Origin: an uncultured Oscillospiraceae bacterium
GTDB lineage: Bacteria > Bacillota > Clostridia > Christensenellales > CAG-314
DNA: 64,000 nucleotides
Direction of reading: 5' to 3'
NCBI GenBank assembly: GCA_964521735.1
Contig: CAZFTO010000002.1
Coordinates: 56,710-120,709, forward strand
Shown: piece after piece, positions 20,030 to 28,502 of the stretch
Layout: each line of letters starts with the position of its first letter
Numbering within the stretch: position 1 is the first letter of the stretch
Notes under the pieces: generated by a model
What the model was told of the DNA's origin: nothing
Seen by the model: the letters and a program-made list of their open reading frames with translations, nothing else
Databases searched by the model: none
Translations under genes and position numbers: made by a program

Positions 20030-21874
20030 ATGTCGGCAAAGGCTTTAACACAAGAAATCGGCGCCGAGGATAGGCAATTTAACCGCAACAAATGGTTTTT
20101 TAGCGTATCCGGCATAGGACGCGACATGTCCTATCAGCTGATAGCTTCTTTCTTGCTAACTTACATACAGTTTGGCATGACGCTTTCCATAGTGCAGTTC
20201 ACAACGCTAAGTTTGCTAATTGGTGTTGCAGGGCGTGTTTGGGATGCAGTCAACGACCCAATGATGGGCGCAATAATCGAAGGCACGCATATGAAGTTTG
20301 GTAAGTTCCGTCCGTGGATACTTATCGGCGCAATTTTGACAGGCGTGATAATTGTTTTGATGTTCAACGTCCAGTCGCTATCCGGCTGGGGATTTGTTGT
20401 GTTCATGATTGTGATGTATTTGTTGTGGGAAACTTCTTTCACAATGAACGACATTGGCTATTGGTCGATGCTGGCAAGCCTATCCAGCAAAAAGGAACAA
20501 CGCAACTCTGCAACAATGCTCACCGTTGTTTTTGCAGGAGTTGGCGCGTTTATTGCACAAGGCGGCATTTCCTTCTTGTATCCGGGCAACGTTCGTCAAG
20601 CGTTCAGTTGGATTTCCATTGCTATTGCCGTCGTGTTCGTGGCAATGCAAACGATAATGGTGTTCTGCGTTAAGGAACGTCCTCGCTCGCAAATGGAAGT
20701 TAACGAAAAAGTTTCACTAAAACAAATGTGGAGCACGATTCGCCACAACGACCAAATTTTGTGGATGACGCTTTCTATGTTGTTCTATAACATAGGCAGC
20801 TCGCTGTTGGTTGGCTTGGCCTACAACTTGTACTATCTAGAAATTGGCTACGACGGCAACGCAATTGTATTCATTGCTATTTTTGGCATTTTCAACATTG
20901 GCTCGCAAGTGTTCTATCCCAAACTCGCGCAAAAATTTGGACGCAAAAAATTGCAATTCTATTCCATCATTTTGGCGTGCGTGGGATACCTTGGTGTAGC
21001 ATTGCTGGGCTGGACTTCCATTTTGCCCTTCAACCTTATCACGCTAAGCATATTCGGCGTTATGGTTTTCGTTGGTCAGGCGTTGTTCTATATGGCAAGC
21101 ATCATCAACATGACAAACTGCGTGGAATACAACGAATATAAGCGTGGCGAACGCAACGAAGCGGTCGTTTCCACCTTGCGCCCCTTCATGGCGAAGTTTG
21201 CCGATGCACTTAAATATTGCATCGTGACGGTAGTCCTAACCGTTTCGGCAGTTTATGGCTTGTCGCAAAACATTTCCACGCTGGAAGTGCAAAAAGGCTA
21301 CTTCGACCGCATGGAAACAACGCAAGAACAAGCCGGCTATATCGATGCCGTCAATGAGTACTATCTGCTACTAGAAGATGCAAAACTTGCCGATGGCAGT
21401 TGGGATACCTCGCGCTTGAACCAAATCACTGAGCAAATGGGAGAAAACAGTGCACTAAGCGGCAAGCAACTAAAAGCAGAATATCTAACCGCATTGATGG
21501 ATACGGCAGTATATCGTGTGGATGGCACCGAAAGGGTGTTTGTGGGCTATCTAAAAGACGTGGATGGCACCCAGTTGCAAGCAAGCGCAAAATATCAATT
21601 GGCTTCTAGCGGCGAAGATGCATCTGGCAATGCATTTAACGCGGCAAACATGCACTTCCACGATAAGGGCACTTTGGGAATGCGCTTGTGGTTGCGCATG
21701 GCAGTTTCCGTGCTTCCCGTTTTGTTCTTGGTGGCATCGCTAATCATCCAACGCAAAAAGTTTGTCATTGACGAAGACTACTACGACATGATGCTGGAAG
21801 AAATTGAAAAAAGAAAGTTGCAAAACGAAGGTTCAACGCAGGCAGAAGTTGCCGAAACAATCGTTGCCGAATAG
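20030..21874 (+). CDS. Glycoside-pentoside-hexuronide (GPH) family cation symporter with a large inserted loop
   Basis: GPH/MelB-like N-terminus (GIGRDMSY, WDAVNDPMMGAIIE...GKFRPW) and 12 TM-like segments. AAAGAGGTG SD before ATG 20030. Confidence 0.85.
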   Translation: MSAKALTQEIGAEDRQFNRNKWFFSVSGIGRDMSYQLIASFLLTYIQFGMTLSIVQFTTLSLLIGVAGRVWDAVNDPMMGAIIEGTHMKFGKFRPWILIGAILTGVIIVLMFNVQSLSGWGFVVFMIVMYLLWETSFTMNDIGYWSMLASLSSKKEQRNSATMLTVVFAGVGAFIAQGGISFLYPGNVRQAFSWISIAIAVVFVAMQTIMVFCVKERPRSQMEVNEKVSLKQMWSTIRHNDQILWMTLSMLFYNIGSSLLVGLAYNLYYLEIGYDGNAIVFIAIFGIFNIGSQVFYPKLAQKFGRKKLQFYSIILACVGYLGVALLGWTSILPFNLITLSIFGVMVFVGQALFYMASIINMTNCVEYNEYKRGERNEAVVSTLRPFMAKFADALKYCIVTVVLTVSAVYGLSQNISTLEVQKGYFDRMETTQEQAGYIDAVNEYYLLLEDAKLADGSWDTSRLNQITEQMGENSALSGKQLKAEYLTALMDTAVYRVDGTERVFVGYLKDVDGTQLQASAKYQLASSGEDASGNAFNAANMHFHDKGTLGMRLWLRMAVSVLPVLFLVASLIIQRKKFVIDEDYYDMMLEEIEKRKLQNEGSTQAEVAETIVAE

Positions 21875-21903
21875 CAACTTTCCCACAAAACAGACTGAAC
21901 AAA

Positions 21904-21936
21904 CAGGCCTCGCAAATTTTGCGGGGCTTGTTTTTG
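21904..21936 (+). terminator. Rho-independent terminator after the GPH transporter
   Basis: CAGGCCTCGCAAA / TTTGCGGGGCTTG hairpin followed by TTTTT. Confidence 0.7.
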
Positions 21937-22330
21937 TGCAACGTGATGGCTAAATTCAATGCTTTTTTGAGCGGAAAACCCAGTGCGCCTACTTGGAGAC
22001 ACACAAAACTTGTCTTTCCGCTAGAGCGGTGTTGCGGATAACCTCCGTTTTGAATCTTTGTTGCTTCAAATAGCTTGCAATTTAGCATAACAAAAATCAA
22101 AAACGTTTTTTAATGGCGCCAAGAGTTAACGCATTTCACATTTGTGGCTTTTGCAATTTGGTTAAGGTTTTGTCCGTCCACGGCTGCGTTTTCAAAACTT
22201 CAAAACAAGTTTTTTCGCACGGCTTGCAAACCATGCTCATCCAAAACCGCTTTTCAACGATAAAAGGAGCAATGCCGGCATTTGTATGTGACAACTAAAG
22301 GCATATTGCGTTTGCTAGCGGCGTCGTTAG

Positions 22331-22359
22331 TTGACAAGTTGCGTAGTATTGGGTATAAT
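22331..22359 (+). promoter_or_regulatory. Candidate sigma-A promoter of the prmC-prfA operon
   Basis: TTGACA, 17 nt, TATAAT (both consensus), 75 nt upstream of ATG 22435. Confidence 0.65.
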
Positions 22360-22434
22360 TTAAAATTGGTAAATAAGTTGCGTAGTTGCCACCGTTTTAC
22401 GTTTTGGCAAGTGTTGCGCAACGAAGGAAGAAAA

Positions 22435-24210
22435 ATGAAAACAAAAATAGGCGGTCAAGCAGTTATAGAAGGCGTTATGATGCGTGGCGCAACAAGCATG
22501 GCGTTGTCCGTTCGTGACGAAACGGGCAAAATCCGTGTGGAAACAACGCGTTTGGCATCAAAAAAACCTTGGTACAGAAAGGTTCCGTTTTTGCGTGGAG
22601 TGATAAATTTGGTCGTTTCCATGATTGACGGAATGAAAATCATCGGCAAATCGGCCGAAGTTATGGTGGAAGACGAAATAGATATTTCCGACGGCGGAAT
22701 GGGCGGTTTGATGTTCTTTTCCGCGTTACTGGGCGTATGCTTGGCTGTTGGATTGTTCATTGTCGTTCCCACCTACCTAACCATGGGAGTTTTTGCGTTG
22801 CTTGGCCTAAGCGAAACGGAGTTTGCTTGGCTAAAATCACTGCTAGAAGGTGTTTGCAAAATTTTGGTACTAATTGCCTACATGGGTGGAATTTCCAAAA
22901 TGAAAGAAATTCGACGCGTGTTTATGTATCACGGGGCAGAGCACAAAACCATTGCCTGCTACGAAGCGGAAATGCCTTTGACGGTGGAAAACGTGCAAAA
23001 GTGCAGTCGCTATCACGACAGGTGCGGCACCAGCTTTTTGGTGTTTGTGGTTGTGCTATCGGTAATTTTGATGATGGTTTTGGACGTTGTTTGCATTGCT
23101 TGCGGCTTCACTGCTTTCATCGAAAAACAAAATTGGTGGCTACGCGCATTGCTAAAAATTGCATTGTTGCCCATAACGGCCGGTTTCAGCTACGAAATGC
23201 TTATGTTGCTTGCCAATTCCAACTTCGTTTTGTTCCGTCCGCTAAAATGGCTGGGTAAGCAATTCCAAAAACTAACCACGCGCGAACCTTCCGACGACAT
23301 GGTGGAAGTGGCAATTTGTTCATTCAACAAGGTTTTGCAAATGGATGCCGACCAAACCATTGAAGAAGAGCACTTCCCCGAGCCTATAACGGTGGAACAA
23401 TTCCGTCAAAAAATTGAAGAAAGTGGGTTGACGCAGTTTGCCGGAAAAGCCGACGACTGGCTTGTGTGCGCCATTTTGCATATAAAACAAGAAAATCTAA
23501 AACCCGAGCTAAAAATTCCTTTCGGCTGGATTGTGCGTTTGGAAAAAATGGTGGAGCGCTGTCAAAAGGGCGAACCTTGGCAATACGTGGTTGGTTCGGC
23601 ACCGTTCTTTGGCAGAACTTTTGCCGTCAACAACAACGTGCTTATTCCCCGTCAAGAAACAGAACTTGTTTGCGAACAAGCGCTGAAACGTATAGGCAAA
23701 GACGACAAAGTGTTGGATATGTGCTGCGGAAGCGGTGCAATCGGCATAACGCTGGCGTTGGAATGCAAAAACGGCAGCAAAAAAGCATCCGTGTTGTGTG
23801 CGGATATAAGCAAAGATGCCCTAAAAGTGGCAAAATTCAACGCAAAAAGACTGGGCATAAAGACAAAATTTGTGCAAAGTGATTTGTTTGGACAAGTCAA
23901 GGGTAAATTCGACGTTATCGTGTGCAATCCCCCCTATATTGCAACGGAAGTTGTGGAAAGTTTGGAAAGTTGTGTGAAAGACTTCGAACCCAAACTTGCT
24001 TTGGACGGCGGCAAGGACGGCTTGGATTTTTATCGCAAGTTGGCAGAACAAGCCCCCGCTCATTTGCAAGCAAACGGAACTTTGGTTTTGGAAATAGGCT
24101 ACGATCAAGGGGAAGCCGTCGTGCAACTTTTGCAAGAAAATTTTGAAGTGGAATTGAAAAAGGACTACGGTGGGAATGACAGAATAATCGTTGCCACCCT
24201 CAAAAAGTAG
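22435..24210 (+). CDS. prmC: Fusion protein: DUF1385 (YqhQ-like) membrane domain + release-factor glutamine N5-methyltransferase PrmC/HemK
   Basis: The N-terminal half starts MKTKIGGQAVIEGVMMRG with YHGAEHK and TM segments (DUF1385). The C-terminal half has VLDMCCGSGAIG (SAM binding) and VCNPPYI (NPPY catalytic motif). GAAGGAAG SD precedes ATG 22435. Confidence 0.85.
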   Translation: MKTKIGGQAVIEGVMMRGATSMALSVRDETGKIRVETTRLASKKPWYRKVPFLRGVINLVVSMIDGMKIIGKSAEVMVEDEIDISDGGMGGLMFFSALLGVCLAVGLFIVVPTYLTMGVFALLGLSETEFAWLKSLLEGVCKILVLIAYMGGISKMKEIRRVFMYHGAEHKTIACYEAEMPLTVENVQKCSRYHDRCGTSFLVFVVVLSVILMMVLDVVCIACGFTAFIEKQNWWLRALLKIALLPITAGFSYEMLMLLANSNFVLFRPLKWLGKQFQKLTTREPSDDMVEVAICSFNKVLQMDADQTIEEEHFPEPITVEQFRQKIEESGLTQFAGKADDWLVCAILHIKQENLKPELKIPFGWIVRLEKMVERCQKGEPWQYVVGSAPFFGRTFAVNNNVLIPRQETELVCEQALKRIGKDDKVLDMCCGSGAIGITLALECKNGSKKASVLCADISKDALKVAKFNAKRLGIKTKFVQSDLFGQVKGKFDVIVCNPPYIATEVVESLESCVKDFEPKLALDGGKDGLDFYRKLAEQAPAHLQANGTLVLEIGYDQGEAVVQLLQENFEVELKKDYGGNDRIIVATLKK

Positions 24211-24225
24211 TTTTAAGGAGATATT

Positions 24226-25293
24226 ATGACGGAAAAATTGGATAAAATCGTAGAACGCTACGAATTTTTGACACAGGAAATTTCCAAGCCGGAAGTTATT
24301 GCCGATAACAACAGCTGGAAAAAACTCGTAAAAGAACACAGCACGCTTACGCCCATTGTGGAATGTTACGAAGAGTATAAAAAAACCGACAAGGCCGTTT
24401 GTGATGCGTTGGAAATGTCCGAAGTGGAAACGGATAAGGAAATGTTGGATCTTCTTCACGAAGAAATCGTCGGCGGCAAAAAACGTCGCGAAGAATTGGA
24501 AGAACAACTAAAAGTGTTGTTGTTGCCCAAAGATCCCAACGACGACAAAAACGTTATTTTGGAAATTCGCGCAGGCGCAGGCGGTGAAGAAGCGGCTTTG
24601 TTTGCCAACGAAATTCGCCGTATGTACTACATGTTTGCGGAAAAGAATCGTTGGAAGATTGAAGAAATCGACATTGAAGAAAACGAACTGGGCGGCTTGA
24701 AGGAAGGCTCTTTCATGGTTGTGGGCGACGGCGCATATAGCAAATTCAAGTTCGAAAGCGGCGTTCACCGTGTGCAACGCGTGCCCGATACCGAAAGCCA
24801 AGGCCGCATTCACACCAGCACCATAACCGTTGCCGTTTTGCCCGAAGCACCCGACGTAGACATTGAAATTTTGGATAAGGACGTGAAAATCGACACCTAT
24901 CGCAGCTCCGGCGCAGGCGGTCAACACGTAAACAAAACGGAAAGTGCCATTCGCATGACGCACTTGCCCACGGGCATCGTCGTCAACTGTCAAGATGAAC
25001 GCAGTCAAATAAAAAACCGCGAAAAGGCAATGAATATTTTGAGAAGCAAGTTATACGACTTTTACCAAACTCAAGCCGATGCGGAATATGCCGCCGCAAG
25101 AAAAAGCCAAGTAGGCACGGGCGACAGAAGCGAACGTATCCGCACCTACAACTTCCCACAAGGCCGTGTAACCGACCACAGAATTGGCTTGACGCTATAT
25201 TCCATCGATAACTTTATGAACGGCGACATCGGCGAAATGGTGGAAGCGTTGCGCCTTGCCGACCAAGCGGCAAAATTGCAATCTAACGAATAA
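24226..25293 (+). CDS. prfA: Peptide chain release factor 1
   Basis: SGAGGQHVNKTESAIR (GGQ) and RVQRVPDTESQGRIHTS (PxT region). Confidence 0.95.
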   Translation: MTEKLDKIVERYEFLTQEISKPEVIADNNSWKKLVKEHSTLTPIVECYEEYKKTDKAVCDALEMSEVETDKEMLDLLHEEIVGGKKRREELEEQLKVLLLPKDPNDDKNVILEIRAGAGGEEAALFANEIRRMYYMFAEKNRWKIEEIDIEENELGGLKEGSFMVVGDGAYSKFKFESGVHRVQRVPDTESQGRIHTSTITVAVLPEAPDVDIEILDKDVKIDTYRSSGAGGQHVNKTESAIRMTHLPTGIVVNCQDERSQIKNREKAMNILRSKLYDFYQTQADAEYAAARKSQVGTGDRSERIRTYNFPQGRVTDHRIGLTLYSIDNFMNGDIGEMVEALRLADQAAKLQSNE

Positions 25294-25311
25294 AAAGAGA
25301 GTATGATAGAT

Positions 25312-26304
25312 ATGAAAAGATTGTTTGTTTTTATTTTGATTGCTGTGCTTGTTGGCGCGCTCGTGTGTGTTGCTGCTTGTGATAACAGCCCCGAAGGCAA
25401 ACTTGTTTGCTACGTTCCAGACGGAGCACCGGCGCTATCCATTGCCAACATAATGGCAACAAAAAAGGTGGGCAATGCCAACGTTGACGTCGTTGTTTCC
25501 ACTGGGAACGACGTTGTTGCAAAATGCACCAGTGGCGAAGCGGATATGGCTGTTCTTCCCACAAATGCGGCAGTAAAAATTTGTTCCGACCGCAACGATT
25601 ATCAACTGTTCAGCGTAAACGTCTACGGCGTGTTGTACGTTGTGGGAACAAAGCAAATTTCCAGTTTGGCCGAACTTAAAGGCAAAGTCGTGCACAGCAT
25701 TGGTTTGGCAAACACCCCCGAATACGTGTTTTCCGCCGTGCTAGATAACGCCCAAATTGATTTTGAAAAGCACGTCGACAAAGCAAAAGATGCCAACACC
25801 ATTGGCATAAAATACTACGACGATGCTTCCGCAATCGTCCCCTTGGTTATCAGCGGAAAAGTAGAAGTTGCCCTTATCGGCGAACCTGCCGTAACCAACC
25901 TTACGGCAAAAGCGGCAAAACAAGGCATCACAATCCATAATCTGTTCGATTTGCAACAAGAATGGAAAAATGCCGTTGGCAGCGACGAAAACGGTTATCC
26001 CCAAGCCAGCATGATTGTAAAAAAAGAATGGTTGCAAAAGCAAGGTTTTGCAAGCGTTTTGGAAAAAACCGTCAAGGCCAACCAACAATATCTTTTGAAC
26101 AACCTAGAAACTTTGAACGACCTTATGCACAGTTACGGCAGCACCTTGGACGTTGCCTACACAAGGGAAGTTATCGAGCGTTGCAACCTTTGCGCAGTTT
26201 TGGCAAAGGATGCAAAGAGCGACATCGAAAAGTACTTGGGCAAATTCCCCAAAGCTTTTGTCAACCAATATTTGCCGCTTGCAAGTGGCGTATGCTATGA
26301 ATAA
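25312..26304 (+). CDS. ABC importer substrate-binding lipoprotein (NMT1/THI5 or NitT/TauT-like)
   Basis: Signal peptide with the lipobox LVCVAAC. It is followed by a permease and an ATPase with overlapping starts. An alternative start is ATG 25303. Confidence 0.75.
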   Translation: MKRLFVFILIAVLVGALVCVAACDNSPEGKLVCYVPDGAPALSIANIMATKKVGNANVDVVVSTGNDVVAKCTSGEADMAVLPTNAAVKICSDRNDYQLFSVNVYGVLYVVGTKQISSLAELKGKVVHSIGLANTPEYVFSAVLDNAQIDFEKHVDKAKDANTIGIKYYDDASAIVPLVISGKVEVALIGEPAVTNLTAKAAKQGITIHNLFDLQQEWKNAVGSDENGYPQASMIVKKEWLQKQGFASVLEKTVKANQQYLLNNLETLNDLMHSYGSTLDVAYTREVIERCNLCAVLAKDAKSDIEKYLGKFPKAFVNQYLPLASGVCYE

Positions 26305-27049
26305 AACTGTTAAAAAAATTGGCGTGGCGACGGGCAAAACCGTCGCTTTCGTCGCTGTCGTTTTGCTTTTGTGGTGGGCGTTTGCCGCCATTGCTCAAAA
26401 CGAACTTGTGTTGCCACAGCCGTGGCAAGTGCTAAAAATAACCTTTCAACTGCTGGGGGACGGCCAAATTTGGCTAGATCTGGCCGTTACGCTAGCCGGC
26501 GCACTTGTTGCGCTGGTTGTTTCGGTGCTGTTTGCGTTGGTGCTTGCGTTGCTTTCGGCAACTTGCAAAGGGGCAAAACCTTTTGTGGATGCGGTGGTAA
26601 GCGTTTTAAGCACGGTGCCCACTGCGGCAATAATACTAATTTTGATGATTGTTTTTTCCTCCAAAGCGGTGCCCGTCGTGGTGGCGTTTTTGGTGGTTTT
26701 CCCCGTGCTGTACGCAAGTTTTCAAAGGGAAATTTTTAGCGACAGCCAACTTTTGGACGTTTGCAAGGTGTATAACGTGTCGTTGAAAAAACAAGTGCGT
26801 TTTGTGTATTTGCCACAAATTTTGCGCACCTTTTGGGCGCAGTGCCGCAGCAGCGTGTCGTTGTGCGTAAAAGTTGTTATTTCCGGCGAAATTTTGGCGT
26901 TGCCTCGTTTGGGCTTGGGCCGCGATATCTACGTGGCCAAAGTCAATTTGGAAACAGCCCACGTGCTTGCGCTAACGCTGTTGGCACTTGTGGTGTGTGG
27001 AATAATTTCCGCAGCATTGGCCTTTGCGCAGAGGAAAACAAAATGGTAG
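26297..27049 (+). CDS. ABC importer permease (NitT/TauT-like)
   Basis: Six TM-like segments. ATG 26297 overlaps the upstream stop by 8 nt. Confidence 0.8.
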   Translation: MNKTVKKIGVATGKTVAFVAVVLLLWWAFAAIAQNELVLPQPWQVLKITFQLLGDGQIWLDLAVTLAGALVALVVSVLFALVLALLSATCKGAKPFVDAVVSVLSTVPTAAIILILMIVFSSKAVPVVVAFLVVFPVLYASFQREIFSDSQLLDVCKVYNVSLKKQVRFVYLPQILRTFWAQCRSSVSLCVKVVISGEILALPRLGLGRDIYVAKVNLETAHVLALTLLALVVCGIISAALAFAQRKTKW

Positions 27050-27711
27050 AACTAAAAAACCTTTCCGTATCCTACGGCGAAAACGTCGTTTACCAAAATT
27101 TCAACTGCAAGTTTCCCGAAGGCGTAAACGTTGTTTTGGGAAAATCCGGCTGTGGCAAAACCACTTTGTTGCGTGTTGTTGCGGGACTGTTGCAGCACGG
27201 CGGCGAATGTGTTGCCGAAGGCCCCGTTGCCATGGTTTTTCAACGTCCGGCGCTTGCTCCCGTAAGCGTTTTCAACAATGTGAAAATGGTTACCAACGCT
27301 TCGGATGAAGAGATTATGCAAGCGTTGCAAAAGGCGGAAATTGATCAAAAGCGCAACCAAAACGCATGCAGTTTGTCGGGCGGAGAGCAACAACGTGTGG
27401 CTCTTGCTCGAATGTTGGTTGCTCGTGGCAACGTTTTGCTGTTAGACGAACCTTTTTCCAACTTAGATTATGGCACAAAAATTGCCCTACGCAACGTGTT
27501 GTTGAACGTGATTCAGCCTCACCAAACGGTTGTTTTCGTCACGCATGATATCGAAGACGCCGTTGCCGTTGCCGACAGAATTTATTTTGCAGAAGGCAAA
27601 CCCAGCACGTTATCGCTGGTGGCGGAACTTCCGCGCAACGCGCGTGAGCGTAACGAGTTTGATGAAGAAAGTAACAAGTTGCGAAGCAAATTGCATCACC
27701 TGTTTTGCTAG
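27043..27711 (+). CDS. ABC importer ATP-binding protein
   Basis: Walker A GKSGCGKTT, signature LSGGEQQRVALAR, Walker B LLLDEPFS, H-loop VTHD. ATG 27043 overlaps the permease stop. Confidence 0.9.
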   Translation: MVELKNLSVSYGENVVYQNFNCKFPEGVNVVLGKSGCGKTTLLRVVAGLLQHGGECVAEGPVAMVFQRPALAPVSVFNNVKMVTNASDEEIMQALQKAEIDQKRNQNACSLSGGEQQRVALARMLVARGNVLLLDEPFSNLDYGTKIALRNVLLNVIQPHQTVVFVTHDIEDAVAVADRIYFAEGKPSTLSLVAELPRNARERNEFDEESNKLRSKLHHLFC

Positions 27712-27745
27712 GTCTAGCGCAAAAACAAACAGTTTAATATTTGGG

Positions 27746-27776
27746 CCGCTTGCCACAAAAGGCAGGCGGTTTTTTC
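27746..27776 (+). terminator. Rho-independent terminator after the ABC importer
   Basis: CCGCTTGCC-ACAAAA-GGCAGGCGG followed by TTTTTT. Confidence 0.75.
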
Positions 27777-27911
27777 TTTGCATGCGCAAAAACGCTTTGC
27801 TCGTTACGTGTTCTGCGCACACAAGCAATAATTTTTGCAAAAAATGCACCAAAATACAGCGCAAGTATAGCAAAAGAGGATTTTTATTTAATTTATATTT
27901 AACACAATGTA

Positions 27912-27940
27912 TTGACGAAAGTTGTATTTTTTGGTATATT
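27912..27940 (+). promoter_or_regulatory. Candidate sigma-A promoter of the hydrogenase operon
   Basis: TTGACG, 17 nt, TATATT, in an AT-rich spacer about 60 nt upstream of ATG 28000. Confidence 0.5.
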
Positions 27941-27999
27941 TTTGTATAGTATAAAATTTTGTGATTTTGTATAGTACGAATTTTTTTGGAGGAATGTTT

Positions 28000-28497
28000 A
28001 TGAAGGGTTCTGCGGTGCCGTTTGACGGCGACAAGAACAAAGAAATCGCTCTTCGCAAAAGGTTGGGCGAATTAAAGGTCAAAGAGGGCGCACTTATGCC
28101 GGCTTTGCAATATGCGCAAGAATTGTATGGCTACTTGCCCTACGAAGTTCAAAACATCATTGCCGACGAACTTGGTGTCACTTTGTCCGAAGTGTACGGC
28201 GTTGCTACGTTTTATTCACAGTTTTCGTTGTACCCCAAAGGAAAGTATCAAATTGGTGTTTGTTTGGGCACTGCTTGCTACGTTAACGGCTCGGGAGAAA
28301 TCTACGACAAACTTCGCAGTTTGCTGGGTATCGAAAGTGGCGAATGCACCGAAGACAAATTGTTCTCGTTGGATGCCACTCGTTGCGTAGGTTGCTGCGG
28401 AATGGCTCCGGTAATGAAAGTTAACGAAGATGTGTACGGCAAAGTTAAGCCGGAAGACATTGAAGGAATTTTGGCTAAGTACAGAGAGAGAGGATAG
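28000..28497 (+). CDS. hydC: NuoE/HydC-like [2Fe-2S] subunit of a multimeric [FeFe]-hydrogenase
   Basis: Thioredoxin-like 2Fe-2S motif (CLGTACYVNG ... CVGCCGMAPV). GGAGG lies 7 nt before ATG 28000. Confidence 0.85.
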   Translation: MKGSAVPFDGDKNKEIALRKRLGELKVKEGALMPALQYAQELYGYLPYEVQNIIADELGVTLSEVYGVATFYSQFSLYPKGKYQIGVCLGTACYVNGSGEIYDKLRSLLGIESGECTEDKLFSLDATRCVGCCGMAPVMKVNEDVYGKVKPEDIEGILAKYRERG

Positions 28498-28502
28498 AAC
28501 CG

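Noticed and set aside
22272-22298. 8-codon micro-ORF (MPAFVCDN*) with an AAAGGAG SD just upstream of the prmC promoter.
   Set aside because: It lies upstream of the predicted promoter, so it would not be in the prmC leader. It is too short to evaluate, and no attenuator structure is associated with it.
24775-24800. RF1 tripeptide anticodon region reads PDT instead of the textbook PAT.
   Set aside because: The middle residue of the PxT motif is variable among bacteria. Both TAG and TAA are used as terminators in this window, so there is no sign of altered stop decoding linked to RF1.
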